Shown here: positions 1 to 8,740 of the stretch, piece by piece
Position numbering within the stretch: position 1 is the first letter of the stretch
Layout of the letters: each line of letters starts with the position of its first letter
NCBI GenBank assembly: GCA_016198685.1
Contig: JACQID010000006.1
Location: 160,001-224,000 of the forward strand
Source of the DNA: Candidatus Aenigmatarchaeota archaeon
GTDB taxonomy: Archaea > Aenigmatarchaeota > Aenigmatarchaeia > GW2011-AR5
DNA: 64,000 nucleotides
Direction of reading: 5' to 3'
Program-made: the position numbers and the translations under genes
Notes under the pieces: model-generated
The model's database searches: none
Seen by the model: the letters and a program-made list of their open reading frames with translations, nothing else
What the model was told of the DNA's origin: nothing

Positions 1-1
1 T

Positions 2-775
2 GAATGGCCCATGAAGTTCCCTGAATCATTTAAGCGCTTGGGAATACGCCCGCCGACAGGAATACTGCTTTATGGCCCGCCCGGATGCGGAAAAACGCTG
101 CTTGCAAAGGCCGTAGCAAGCGAGAGTGGGGCCAACTTCATCTCAATAAAAGGACCGGAATTGCTTTCCATGTGGGTGGGCGAATCCGAACGGCACATAC
201 GTGATGTCTTCCGCCGTGCAAAGCAGGTATCCCCAAGCGTAATATTCTTTGATGAAATAGATGCGCTTGTGCCAAGACGCGGTTCCGCAGGAGATACGCA
301 GGCCACGGAGCGTGTAGTATCGCAATTGCTCACGGAAATCTCCGGATTGGAAGACCTGCATGATGTAGTGGTACTGGCCGCAACCAATAGGCCTGACATA
401 GTGGATCCTGCCTTATTGAGACCCGGAAGATTTGACAGGCAGATACTTGTGACCACGCCCGATGAAAAGGCAAGGCTGCAGATATTGAAAGTCCATACGA
501 AAGACATGCCGCTTACAAAGGATGTATCCCTTGAAAGGCTGGCAAAAGAGACGGAAGGATTCTCCGGCGCGGATCTTGAGGCTTACGTCAGGGAAGCTGC
601 AATGAATGCCATGAGAAAGGACATAGATTCCAAGGAAGTCACCAGAAAAGACTTTGAATCCGTATACAAGGAAATGAAGCCTTCTGTCAGCGAAGACATG
701 AACAAGTATTACGAGAACACGATGAAGAAAAAGAAGCAGCAGAAGATGGAAGAAGATGTCATTTACACGGGCTGA
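2..775 (+). CDS. cdc48: CDC48/VCP family AAA+ ATPase, C-terminal D2 domain (5'-partial, gene starts before the window)
   Basis: Walker A GPPGCGKT, Walker [15 protein letters not shown] and LLRPGRFD motifs; the frame is open back to the window edge (EWPMKFP). Confidence 0.95.
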   Translation, partial: EWPMKFPESFKRLGIRPPTGILLYGPPGCGKTLLAKAVASESGANFISIKGPELLSMWVGESERHIRDVFRRAKQVSPSVIFFDEIDALVPRRGSAGDTQATERVVSQLLTEISGLEDLHDVVVLAATNRPDIVDPALLRPGRFDRQILVTTPDEKARLQILKVHTKDMPLTKDVSLERLAKETEGFSGADLEAYVREAAMNAMRKDIDSKEVTRKDFESVYKEMKPSVSEDMNKYYENTMKKKKQQKMEEDVIYTG

Positions 776-895
776 TTTTTTTATTTCAGGACTTTTTCCA
801 TTAAAATATCGCCCGTCTCTCTAAACGTGTTCTTTTTATGAAATTTTATAGCCAGGGAATTTCTGTGCGCAAGCATGTACAAATGCGTCACGCCA

Positions 896-1585
896 CTATT
901 CAATTTTATCGTGTTTTTTCAAATTACATTTAGCACAAAGAATTCTAACGTTTTTTTCAGTAATACTACTTCCACCCTTAGAAAATGGCAAATCGTGATC
1001 ATAATGTAAATTTTTGGTGGAATCGCAAAGAACGCATGTACCTTTGTCTCTTTTCCAAACTGCAATTTTAACACCTGTCGGTATAAGTCTATTGTGTTCC
1101 TCAACATCTTTTCCTTTAGGTATTTCAATATGCTCATCAACAGGCTCAAGTATAAATTTTATAACTTTTCTACTATTTGAAATTCTTGTTTCATAATTAA
1201 TCAGGGAAAATAATCCTTTCTCCGACCAAATTCCAGAATTTAATTTTTCAAAAACAAGTATTTTTTCAGGAGAAATCAACCCTTTTTTATAATCCTCAAC
1301 AGCTTTCACAAATTTGCCATTTTCTGTCAATGTTCCATTATCAGTCCATATTGGTTGATCAATTTTCTTTGGTTCAGGATTCTGTTTGGATTTTGGAACA
1401 TCGTGTCCTTCATAAATTAATAAATTTTTAACCATGTCTATTTCATCATCGTAGGGAGCACCCGGTCTAACAGACATTAAAATAACAGAAATTCCTTTTT
1501 TGATATGAAAATTCATTCCTCTTTGAATAGTATTTAGATGAATCTTGTTGCACATTTCACGATAAGATAAAATTTCATCTTTCAT
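896..1585 (-). CDS. HNH endonuclease with N-terminal SRA/YDG-like domain (candidate modification-dependent restriction enzyme)
   Basis: C-terminal CVLC...HYDH...GG...N...LCAKCN HNH motif; N-terminal GAPYDDE...LIYEGHD resembles SRA; visibly AT-richer than its neighbours. Confidence 0.75.
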   Translation of the reverse strand: MKDEILSYREMCNKIHLNTIQRGMNFHIKKGISVILMSVRPGAPYDDEIDMVKNLLIYEGHDVPKSKQNPEPKKIDQPIWTDNGTLTENGKFVKAVEDYKKGLISPEKILVFEKLNSGIWSEKGLFSLINYETRISNSRKVIKFILEPVDEHIEIPKGKDVEEHNRLIPTGVKIAVWKRDKGTCVLCDSTKNLHYDHDLPFSKGGSSITEKNVRILCAKCNLKKHDKIE

Positions 1586-1624
1586 ATAATCATTAATTTA
1601 TCTGAAGTTTATTAATATTTCTAA

Positions 1625-1765
1625 ATGGGCGTCCGGTTAATTATAGGCATAGATCCGTACGAATATGAATGGAAAAGAGACAACGTGAAGATGATACGTT
1701 GCGATGCAACAGATTACGATCGCGTGGCTTTACTATTATGCAGAATACATCCTCCTGATTCATAG
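1625..1765 (+). pseudogene. 46-aa ORF resembling a class I SAM-methyltransferase fragment
   Basis: Hand translation MGVRLIIGIDPYEYEWKRDNVKMIRCDATDYDR...; IIGID and NVxxIxxDATD resemble MTase motifs II/III. Confidence 0.3.
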
Positions 1766-1780
1766 TAGCTGTAAATCGGT

Positions 1781-2314
1781 TTACTTGTGATACTCCTTCC
1801 AGACTTCAACAAACTTCTCAAAGTTTGTAAGAATCTGGCGGCCTTCCATGCCGAGTTCCGGATTGAAGCAGACCACAAAGAATGGGTTCTCGGCTTCCTG
1901 AAGGATTTCATATTCATAGGCTTTTGATGATGCTATGACGTTGAAGTTCTCAGGTACTGACGAGAATCCGAAGTTGGAAGCTTTGCCGGCTATGAAATTC
2001 TTTTTCATATCGAGCGTTAACGGGCAGGGTTTCTTTATCAAGACAGTTTCAGTCTTGCCGAATTTCATCGGGGTTACTTCGGCTTCGTAAGCCGCGCCAA
2101 TGAAGAGTCCGCCTGTGCCTATTCCCAAAACAGGAACTTCGGATTTGTCGAGAATATCGAGATTGGCTTCCATGTTTTTAGGGTCGCCATCAGAGAGTAT
2201 GTAGCCGCCGGCCTTGGCTTTCAGCGCCTCGGCAGGTTTCATAATGATGTTTTTCGATTTTAGAAAGCGCGAAATTTCCTGTGCGCCTGAGCCGTTGTCA
2301 ACTATCACTATCAT
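1781..2314 (-). CDS. Class I glutamine amidotransferase-like protein (GMP synthase subunit A fold), catalytic residues absent
   Basis: MIVIVDNG start; PVLGIGTG in place of PxLGICxG; FNPE in place of FHPE. Confidence 0.8.
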   Translation of the reverse strand: MIVIVDNGSGAQEISRFLKSKNIIMKPAEALKAKAGGYILSDGDPKNMEANLDILDKSEVPVLGIGTGGLFIGAAYEAEVTPMKFGKTETVLIKKPCPLTLDMKKNFIAGKASNFGFSSVPENFNVIASSKAYEYEILQEAENPFFVVCFNPELGMEGRQILTNFEKFVEVWKEYHK

Positions 2315-2365
2315 ATTCCCACTGATTTTATTTCATGAACAACCTTTTTATATTAAATTTATTTC

Positions 2366-3244
2366 TCATAAAGTCGTTACCAATGGTTCAGCGCCCACAA
2401 TTAGCGTGTGTTCATGCTGGCTGACCATCCCGGTTTCTCTAAGAGGCGGATACTCATATAAAATTCCTTTTTCTTTGAGCTCGCGCAGAGAGAGTCTGGT
2501 CTTGAATAATGAATCAAAAGGCAGCCATCTTTCTGCAAACGGAAGACCGCCAAACTTATCCGCAAACTCCATGGCTTTGCGTGCGTCCATGTTGCGTATG
2601 GGCTTCTTGCCGGTAAGCATGTATATGAGAACAGGCGATGATTCTTTGACGAAGCCGCGGCCGTCTGTTGCAAATGGTTCTATGGCAATTGCCTGCCCTT
2701 CCTTGAGACTCACGTTACCTGTTACTGCTATGTTAGGTATCTGGGGTGATGCGTGCAGGAAATATCTGTCAAGGCCATGGCCGGTAAGATTTGAGACGGG
2801 CTTGTATCCGCATGATTTTATTGTCTCTTCTATCTTAGTTGATATTTCTGAGACCTTTACGCCCGGCTTCACAATTTTTATGGCTTCTTCGAGAGCAAGG
2901 CGGGATGCATCGGAAAGCTTCTGTAGCTCAGGAGAAAATGCCACGGTTTTTGCCGTATCAGCAACGTAGCCGTCTACATGAACGCCTATATCTATCTTGA
3001 GTATAGAATTTTCAGGTATTGCGGTTGTATCGTTCTTGTATGGAGTATAATGTGCAGCTATTTCGTTTAGGGAAAGATTGGCCGGGAATGCAGGCTCACC
3101 GCCAAGCTTTCGCGTTTCGGTTTCTATGAACTCAGCAAGGTCAAGAAGCTTCACGCCTGGTTTTGCTTTCTTTGCTGCTGCGTCTCGTACATGCGAAGCT
3201 ATCTTTCCGGCTTTGATATATTTTTCCTTTACGTCAGAATCCAT
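2366..3244 (-). CDS. map: Methionine aminopeptidase type II
   Basis: AAHYTP, KIDIGVHVDGYVADTA, LTGHGL, AIEPF and QHEHT metal-binding motifs. Confidence 0.96.
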   Translation of the reverse strand: MDSDVKEKYIKAGKIASHVRDAAAKKAKPGVKLLDLAEFIETETRKLGGEPAFPANLSLNEIAAHYTPYKNDTTAIPENSILKIDIGVHVDGYVADTAKTVAFSPELQKLSDASRLALEEAIKIVKPGVKVSEISTKIEETIKSCGYKPVSNLTGHGLDRYFLHASPQIPNIAVTGNVSLKEGQAIAIEPFATDGRGFVKESSPVLIYMLTGKKPIRNMDARKAMEFADKFGGLPFAERWLPFDSLFKTRLSLRELKEKGILYEYPPLRETGMVSQHEHTLIVGAEPLVTTL

Positions 3245-3317
3245 GGAGTTAGTTGATGGGTAAAGCTTAAAAAATGCGGCTTATCAGCTTTAAAAAAATT
3301 ATTTCAGATGTAAGATT

Positions 3318-3998
3318 ATGTTTGACAGGGACCATGGCATAATAATATCTTGCGACATTTCGTCAAAACAAAAACTAAAGCAGCTTGTTGCATCAACATG
3401 TTTCATAGATGGAATAGTAGGGTACAAACTTGGTTTTGTCTTGGGCCTAGAACTCGGGCTTCTCAATGCAATGGACGTCATCAGGGATGAGTGCGAGTTG
3501 CCGGTGATATATGATCATCAGAAAGCAGCTAACGACATACCCGGCATGGGCATAAAATTCGCTGAGGTGATGAAAGCCGCACGAATGGATTCTGCCATTC
3601 TTTTCCCTTTTACAGGAATTGAAGCCGAGAAAAGTTGGATAGCCGCGCTTCAGAAAAACGGCATCATGCCCATGGTCGGCGGAGAGATGACGCATCCGGG
3701 ATTTTTCGATTATATTAAACAGGACGCTCCGGAAAAAATATATTCAGTTGCAGCATCGATGGGAGTGGGCTTTTTTGTCGTTCCGGGAACAAAACCGGAG
3801 AGAATAAAGGAAATAAGTCAAATGTTTCCAGAAAAGAAGTTCTGTTTTCCGGGCATAGGAACGCAGGGCGGGGACCTTGCGAAGGCATTTGAAAGCGCGC
3901 CTGGGTCTTCCTATGCCATAATAGGCTCAGCAATCTACGACGCAAAGAACCCTTCAGAAAGCGCAAGGGCGTTTGCGAGCATAGCAAAGAGGTTCTGA
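3318..3998 (+). CDS. pyrF: Orotidine-5'-phosphate decarboxylase (variant motif)
   Basis: ISCD, GYKLG, YDHQKAANDIP, PGIGTQGG and IIGSAIY motifs; first gene of a pyr cluster. Confidence 0.85.
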   Translation: MFDRDHGIIISCDISSKQKLKQLVASTCFIDGIVGYKLGFVLGLELGLLNAMDVIRDECELPVIYDHQKAANDIPGMGIKFAEVMKAARMDSAILFPFTGIEAEKSWIAALQKNGIMPMVGGEMTHPGFFDYIKQDAPEKIYSVAASMGVGFFVVPGTKPERIKEISQMFPEKKFCFPGIGTQGGDLAKAFESAPGSSYAIIGSAIYDAKNPSESARAFASIAKRF

Positions 3999-3999
3999 T

Positions 4000-4707
4000 A
4001 TGGACAAAAAAGATTTCCTGCAATTGTTACTAGAAAAAGGAGCCATGCGCATGGCCCAATATGAAAAAGACTTTTTCGTATTCAAAAGCGGCAGGCGCTC
4101 GCCGAACATGATAAACCTGCGCGGAATGACAGACGGCGAATCGTTGGAGGGACTGAAGAAAGCGTATGCCGATCAAATCAAACAGCTTCTTGACGAAGGC
4201 AAGATAGAGGACTTTGATTTTATATTCGGACCTGCGTATGCTGGGATAAGCCTTGCCTGCCTTGCGTGCGAAGGGCTCTACGAGCTTCATGGCATGAACA
4301 AACGCTACCTTTACGACAGGAAAGAAAGCAAGGGATACGGCGACAAAGCAATGGATGATGCCATAGTCGGCGCGGGCCATTTCACACCCGGCGCGAAGAT
4401 ATTGATGATCGATGACGTCATAACTACAGGCAGCACAAAGACAGATGCAATGAAAAAACTGGAAACGCTTGGTGAGCACAAAATTGTCGGGCTTGTTCTG
4501 GCCGTCGACAGGCAGGAGAAGCTTGGGGATGCGGAACGCGCCGAGGAAAAAAGCGCCACAGAGCGACTGGAAGACGCAGGCATCAAGGTATTTCCGATAT
4601 TAACGATGAAGGATATTTTCAGCATCATAAACGAATATCTTACCCTTCAGGACAAGATAAACTGGATCGAATATTACAGGAAATACGGGGCGGTAAAGCT
4701 TGGCTGA
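4000..4707 (+). CDS. pyrE: Orotate phosphoribosyltransferase
   Basis: FKSGRRSP, FGPAYAGI, YDRKE and PRPP-binding IDDVITTG motifs. Confidence 0.93.
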   Translation: MDKKDFLQLLLEKGAMRMAQYEKDFFVFKSGRRSPNMINLRGMTDGESLEGLKKAYADQIKQLLDEGKIEDFDFIFGPAYAGISLACLACEGLYELHGMNKRYLYDRKESKGYGDKAMDDAIVGAGHFTPGAKILMIDDVITTGSTKTDAMKKLETLGEHKIVGLVLAVDRQEKLGDAERAEEKSATERLEDAGIKVFPILTMKDIFSIINEYLTLQDKINWIEYYRKYGAVKLG

Positions 4708-5623
4708 TCTTTCCGTGAAAATGGCCGGCATGGATTTTCGTTCCTGTATATTCAACGCAGCAGGACCTAAAGATGTCACGCTGAAGGAACTCGAAACAAT
4801 AGGCGCATCGCGTTCTGCCGCCATAACCATGAAATCGTGCACAAAGGAGCCGCGGCAAGGCAACGAGGAGCCGCGATATTACGCGCTTGACATGGGTTCT
4901 ATAAATTCCATGGGATTGCCCAATCTTGGGTACAAGGAATACGTGAAGTTTCCTTCTTTGCTGAAGAGTTTTGGCAAACCTGTAATAGCAAGCGTTTCAG
5001 GACTATGCCTCGAAGATAATATACAGATATTGGAAGCATTCAATGATTCGGAAGTTTCGGCAATCGAATTGAATCTTTCATGCCCCAACATCAAGGGAAA
5101 GCCGCAGATAGGGTATGATTTTGCCCAGATGGACGAGGTGCTTAAGGAGGCTCTGAGAATATCTAAAAAGCCCATGGGAGTGAAGCTTCCGCCATATTTC
5201 GATTTCATACATTTTGAAGAAGCTTCAGGCATACTTAAGAGACGGAAGCCTGCGTTTGTCAGTTGCATCAATTCAATAGGCAATGCGCTTGTGATAGATG
5301 CGGAGAAAGAAGCTCCTGTCATAAAGCCGAAGGGCGGATTCGGGGGATTAGGAGGCGCGTATATAAAATACACGGCTCTTGCAAATGTAAGGAAGTTTTA
5401 TGAAATGATTGAGATGCCCATCATAGGAGTAGGCGGCATTTCCTCAGGGAAAGACGCATTCGAGTTCATACTGGCAGGTGCATCAGCTGTGCAAATAGGC
5501 ACGGCATTCATGGAGGAAGGACCAATGATTTTTGGAAGAGTTCATGATGAATTAGCTTCGTTCATGGCAAGAAAAGGTTATACGCGCCTTGATGATTTTC
5601 GCGGCAGACTCAAGCAGGCATAA
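4700..5623 (+). CDS. pyrD: Dihydroorotate dehydrogenase, class 1A-like
   Basis: NAAG, NSMGLPNLG, ELNLSCPN, KLPPY, GGLGG and VQIGTA motifs. Confidence 0.93.
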   Translation: MADLSVKMAGMDFRSCIFNAAGPKDVTLKELETIGASRSAAITMKSCTKEPRQGNEEPRYYALDMGSINSMGLPNLGYKEYVKFPSLLKSFGKPVIASVSGLCLEDNIQILEAFNDSEVSAIELNLSCPNIKGKPQIGYDFAQMDEVLKEALRISKKPMGVKLPPYFDFIHFEEASGILKRRKPAFVSCINSIGNALVIDAEKEAPVIKPKGGFGGLGGAYIKYTALANVRKFYEMIEMPIIGVGGISSGKDAFEFILAGASAVQIGTAFMEEGPMIFGRVHDELASFMARKGYTRLDDFRGRLKQA

Positions 5624-5720
5624 TATGGAATATGATAGGGTCATACTTTGACTATGCAATCGCAAGAAACTATTAGCATAGGGCAAGCAGGCATGAATAT
5701 GGAATATGATAGGGTCATAC
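5611..5720. repeat. 36/37-bp direct repeat (5611-5646, 5684-5720) flanking a 37-bp hairpin insert at the pyrD/pyrC junction
   Basis: caagcaggcat(g)aatatggaatatgatagggtcatac occurs twice with a 1-nt indel; the insert contains a CTATGC/GCATAG inverted repeat. Confidence 0.9.
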
Positions 5721-6874
5721 ACGGAAGGATAGTCGATCCTGTAACCGGCGTTCAGGAAGCTTACATAGGCATAAATGGAGGAATAATCCGGAAGGTTTCA
5801 GGCAAGGAATTGCGTTCTCCTGACATTACCACGATATTGCAGGATCATTATATTTTTCCGGCATTCATAGACCCGCACGTTCATTTGCGCGAGCCCGGAT
5901 GGGAGCACAAGGAAGATTTTCTTACAGGCAGCGAGGCTGCGCTCAATGGAGGAGTTCATACGGTGCTTGACATGCCCAACCTTCCCGAACCGGTGACAAC
6001 GCCTGAAAGATTGCTGAAGAAAATCACGCTTTCCCGGAAAGCGAAAGTGGACGTGCGCCACTTCGCAGGGATTGGCAAGCTTGATCTTATACGGGAAAAC
6101 GCAAGGCTTGCCATAGGATACAAAATTTACACTGCCAAAAGCACAGGCGGCATGATGCTTGACTGGGAAAATGCCGAGAAAGCATGCCGCTTGATTGCGG
6201 CCACAGGCAAGCCTGTGACATTTCACTGCGAGGACGAGATGCTTTTTACCCAAAATGAATTTCATGGCGATGCGCGGCCCCCTGAATCCGAGGTTTCCGC
6301 GATAGTGAAAGCGGCTGATTTGATAAGAAAAACCCACATAAACGGAAATATAGCTCATGTATCGACAAAAGAAGGGCTGGCGGCTGCTAGGGAACACCAG
6401 CTTATGCATGAGATAACGCCTCATCATCTCTATTTCAACAGGGAAAGCGCAGCAGGCCCGTTGTTTAAAGTGAATCCGCCTTTGCGTAGCCGGGCTGACA
6501 ATGCAGCTTTACTGGATTCTGTACGTCATGGAGAATGCATGCTGGCAACAGATCATGCGCCTCATACTATTGCAGAGAAACTTTCATCCAATCCGCCCTC
6601 AGGGATGCCGGGATTGGATACTTACGGCAATTTTGTTCTATGGCTGCTGCGAGCAAAATATGTCAGCCCGTCTGCTGTTGCCAAGATAACGAGCTATAAT
6701 GCCTCTAAATTTTTCAGCATAGCCGGCGGGCGCATAGCAGAAGGTTTTCCTGCAAAGTTCACTGTTCTTGGAACAGAAGGCGAAAGTATCATAAGAAATG
6801 CAGACATGAAGACGAAATGCGGCTGGACTCCGTTTGATGGAGTCACGTTCCCTGGAAAAATAATACGCCTTTAG
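5693..6874 (+). CDS. pyrC: Dihydroorotase
   Basis: IDPHVHLREPG, DMPN, FHCE, HVST, EITPHHL, KVNPPLR and ATDHAPH motifs. The start is probably the ATG at 5693 or 5699 in the second repeat copy; the ORF track starts at 5648. Confidence 0.93.
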   Translation: MNMEYDRVIHGRIVDPVTGVQEAYIGINGGIIRKVSGKELRSPDITTILQDHYIFPAFIDPHVHLREPGWEHKEDFLTGSEAALNGGVHTVLDMPNLPEPVTTPERLLKKITLSRKAKVDVRHFAGIGKLDLIRENARLAIGYKIYTAKSTGGMMLDWENAEKACRLIAATGKPVTFHCEDEMLFTQNEFHGDARPPESEVSAIVKAADLIRKTHINGNIAHVSTKEGLAAAREHQLMHEITPHHLYFNRESAAGPLFKVNPPLRSRADNAALLDSVRHGECMLATDHAPHTIAEKLSSNPPSGMPGLDTYGNFVLWLLRAKYVSPSAVAKITSYNASKFFSIAGGRIAEGFPAKFTVLGTEGESIIRNADMKTKCGWTPFDGVTFPGKIIRL

Positions 6875-7026
6875 CCGAATTTTCCAAGGATGGTATCCAA
6901 TTCATCCAGTACTATAACAAGAATGAGTGCCAGTATGTTGAAAGGCACGTTATGCACAGCAACAACGTATAAATATACAAGTGTGCCTGTAGGGAGATTT
7001 TTCACAAAACCCGAAATGATGCCCAT
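6871..7026 (-). CDS. Small membrane protein (51 aa)
   Basis: Hand translation MGIISGFVKNLPTGTLVYLYVVAVHNVPFNILALILVIVLDELDTILGKFG; fills the intergenic gap and is hydrophobic. Confidence 0.5.
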   Translation of the reverse strand: MGIISGFVKNLPTGTLVYLYVVAVHNVPFNILALILVIVLDELDTILGKFG

Positions 7027-7085
7027 TATATCACATTGATATATGCAAGTGTCTTTAAATTTTATTGAAGAGAGTAAAAAATGAC

Positions 7086-7817
7086 TTATTTGGACAGCAT
7101 TTCTATCAATTCTTCTGCGTATATATGCGAAAGATCCGGAATAACCAATGTAGCTCCTGCGGTCTTTACGGCATCTTCAGTTGTATATGCATTGGGGACT
7201 GCAATTCTTATTCTATAGCCTGCGTGGGTCGCGTCTCTGATTCCTGACGGAGAGTCGTCTATGGCAGCAGCCTTTGAAGGGTCTATTTGTGCCCATCGTG
7301 CAGCTGCAGCATACTTATTTTCAGTTGTTCCATGGACTGACATGACATGACGAAGCTGATTCCATAACTCAATTCCCGGATACTTGAGAATGCGTTGAAC
7401 AATGTCATGGTCTTGACTTGATGCAGCACCTACAAAAATTTTGTTCCCATATCGGGCAGACAATTCCCTTACAAAATCTGCATTTCTAAAGTTAGGGGAT
7501 AACTGCCCGTAAAGGAATTTTTCTATTTCCATTTTTCGCTGTTCTTCAATAAGTTGATTTATTTCTACTTGGGTGAGTTGTTCTCCTCTATGATCGCCAA
7601 TAATTTTCGCAAGCGTTCCTATACGTTCATCCCTGGATATGCCGACCTCGTTTATCACGGTTTGAGCGTAGCCTTCTGGAACATAGCCAACCCAATGCAT
7701 GGCAAGGTCACCATAAGTCGTATTTTTCAATCCTTCAGCGTAGTGATGGACTTCATCAACGTCAGTAACAACGGAGAGTCCTTCCGGAACATATAACGCA
7801 GCAGCCATTATATCCAT
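7086..7817 (-). CDS. HAD-superfamily hydrolase (beta-PGM/CbbY-like)
   Basis: DVD motif I, ASS motif II, K, and AIDDSPSGI motif IV. Confidence 0.8.
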   Translation of the reverse strand: MDIMAAALYVPEGLSVVTDVDEVHHYAEGLKNTTYGDLAMHWVGYVPEGYAQTVINEVGISRDERIGTLAKIIGDHRGEQLTQVEINQLIEEQRKMEIEKFLYGQLSPNFRNADFVRELSARYGNKIFVGAASSQDHDIVQRILKYPGIELWNQLRHVMSVHGTTENKYAAAARWAQIDPSKAAAIDDSPSGIRDATHAGYRIRIAVPNAYTTEDAVKTAGATLVIPDLSHIYAEELIEMLSK

Positions 7818-8710
7818 CTATTGTGCATTTTACGATATTCATGGAGCGGTATGCTGCGCCTGTCAACGAAGCCGTTTTCTATCGGGGCAAATGCTTCGGA
7901 TAAAAGAAGTTCGTCTGGGCTTATGCCCACAAGCTTGCCTTTCTGCATCGTATAGATTTCGGAAGTCAATCTATTATTGTCCAAGCCTACAAGATAGATG
8001 CCATGGCTATGCGGGACAGCGTCCAGCATTCGTGTATTGGGATTGAATTCATCCTCGCTGTGATGAAGCGATACATCCATATTTTTGAGTTCATCGCCGC
8101 TGAAGTGATATCCATAAACAAGTTGAGCATTATTTTCTGGCAGCCAAAAGAACATTCTCGGATCATCTGCCAGTTGCTTGCCCTCGACAGTTACCGGCGA
8201 GAGAAGCCCTTCTGGCATATATTGAGATGTTGGGCTGCCCTGCAATCTGTAGTCATGGCTCTTGATTGTATCGGCAAATGGCATTCCAGTAATTTCACCG
8301 CCGAGGAAAATTCTGACAACTTTGCCGTCAGGAGTCACAGGAAGAACTTCTTCAGATAGTTCTTCTTTTGCCACATTCAAAGGATTCTGCAGATGCATCT
8401 TGGGAATATAGCCTGAAACGAGCTTCAAGACATTATCTCCAGACGGCCTTTGTTGGCGGACAAGCATAAGATAGGCATCTCGGCCTATGGCTATTGTAGT
8501 TATGACTGAAATACCCGGATACACCGGATTATTTTGGCCTGTCGTTGATGGGCGGCTAACGGGGGTTCTTCTCGATCTCATCTCCTGAAAATCAAGAGTT
8601 TCGTCAACATGCGTAAGATTTACACGATATTCTTCCCTATCCGCAAAGTATCCTGCAAATGTTCCGTCTGGGCGTTTGCTGCCAAGAGGATTTGGAAGTT
8701 CGTAGGTCAT
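7808..8710 (-). CDS. NUDIX-fold protein with atypical Nudix box
   Basis: LMLVRQ...KLVSGY...NVAKEELSEEVL resembles a degenerate Nudix signature. Confidence 0.5.
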   Translation of the reverse strand: MTYELPNPLGSKRPDGTFAGYFADREEYRVNLTHVDETLDFQEMRSRRTPVSRPSTTGQNNPVYPGISVITTIAIGRDAYLMLVRQQRPSGDNVLKLVSGYIPKMHLQNPLNVAKEELSEEVLPVTPDGKVVRIFLGGEITGMPFADTIKSHDYRLQGSPTSQYMPEGLLSPVTVEGKQLADDPRMFFWLPENNAQLVYGYHFSGDELKNMDVSLHHSEDEFNPNTRMLDAVPHSHGIYLVGLDNNRLTSEIYTMQKGKLVGISPDELLLSEAFAPIENGFVDRRSIPLHEYRKMHNRWI

Positions 8711-8740
8711 AAAAAGTATATTTTCAGAAGCTTTTTATTC

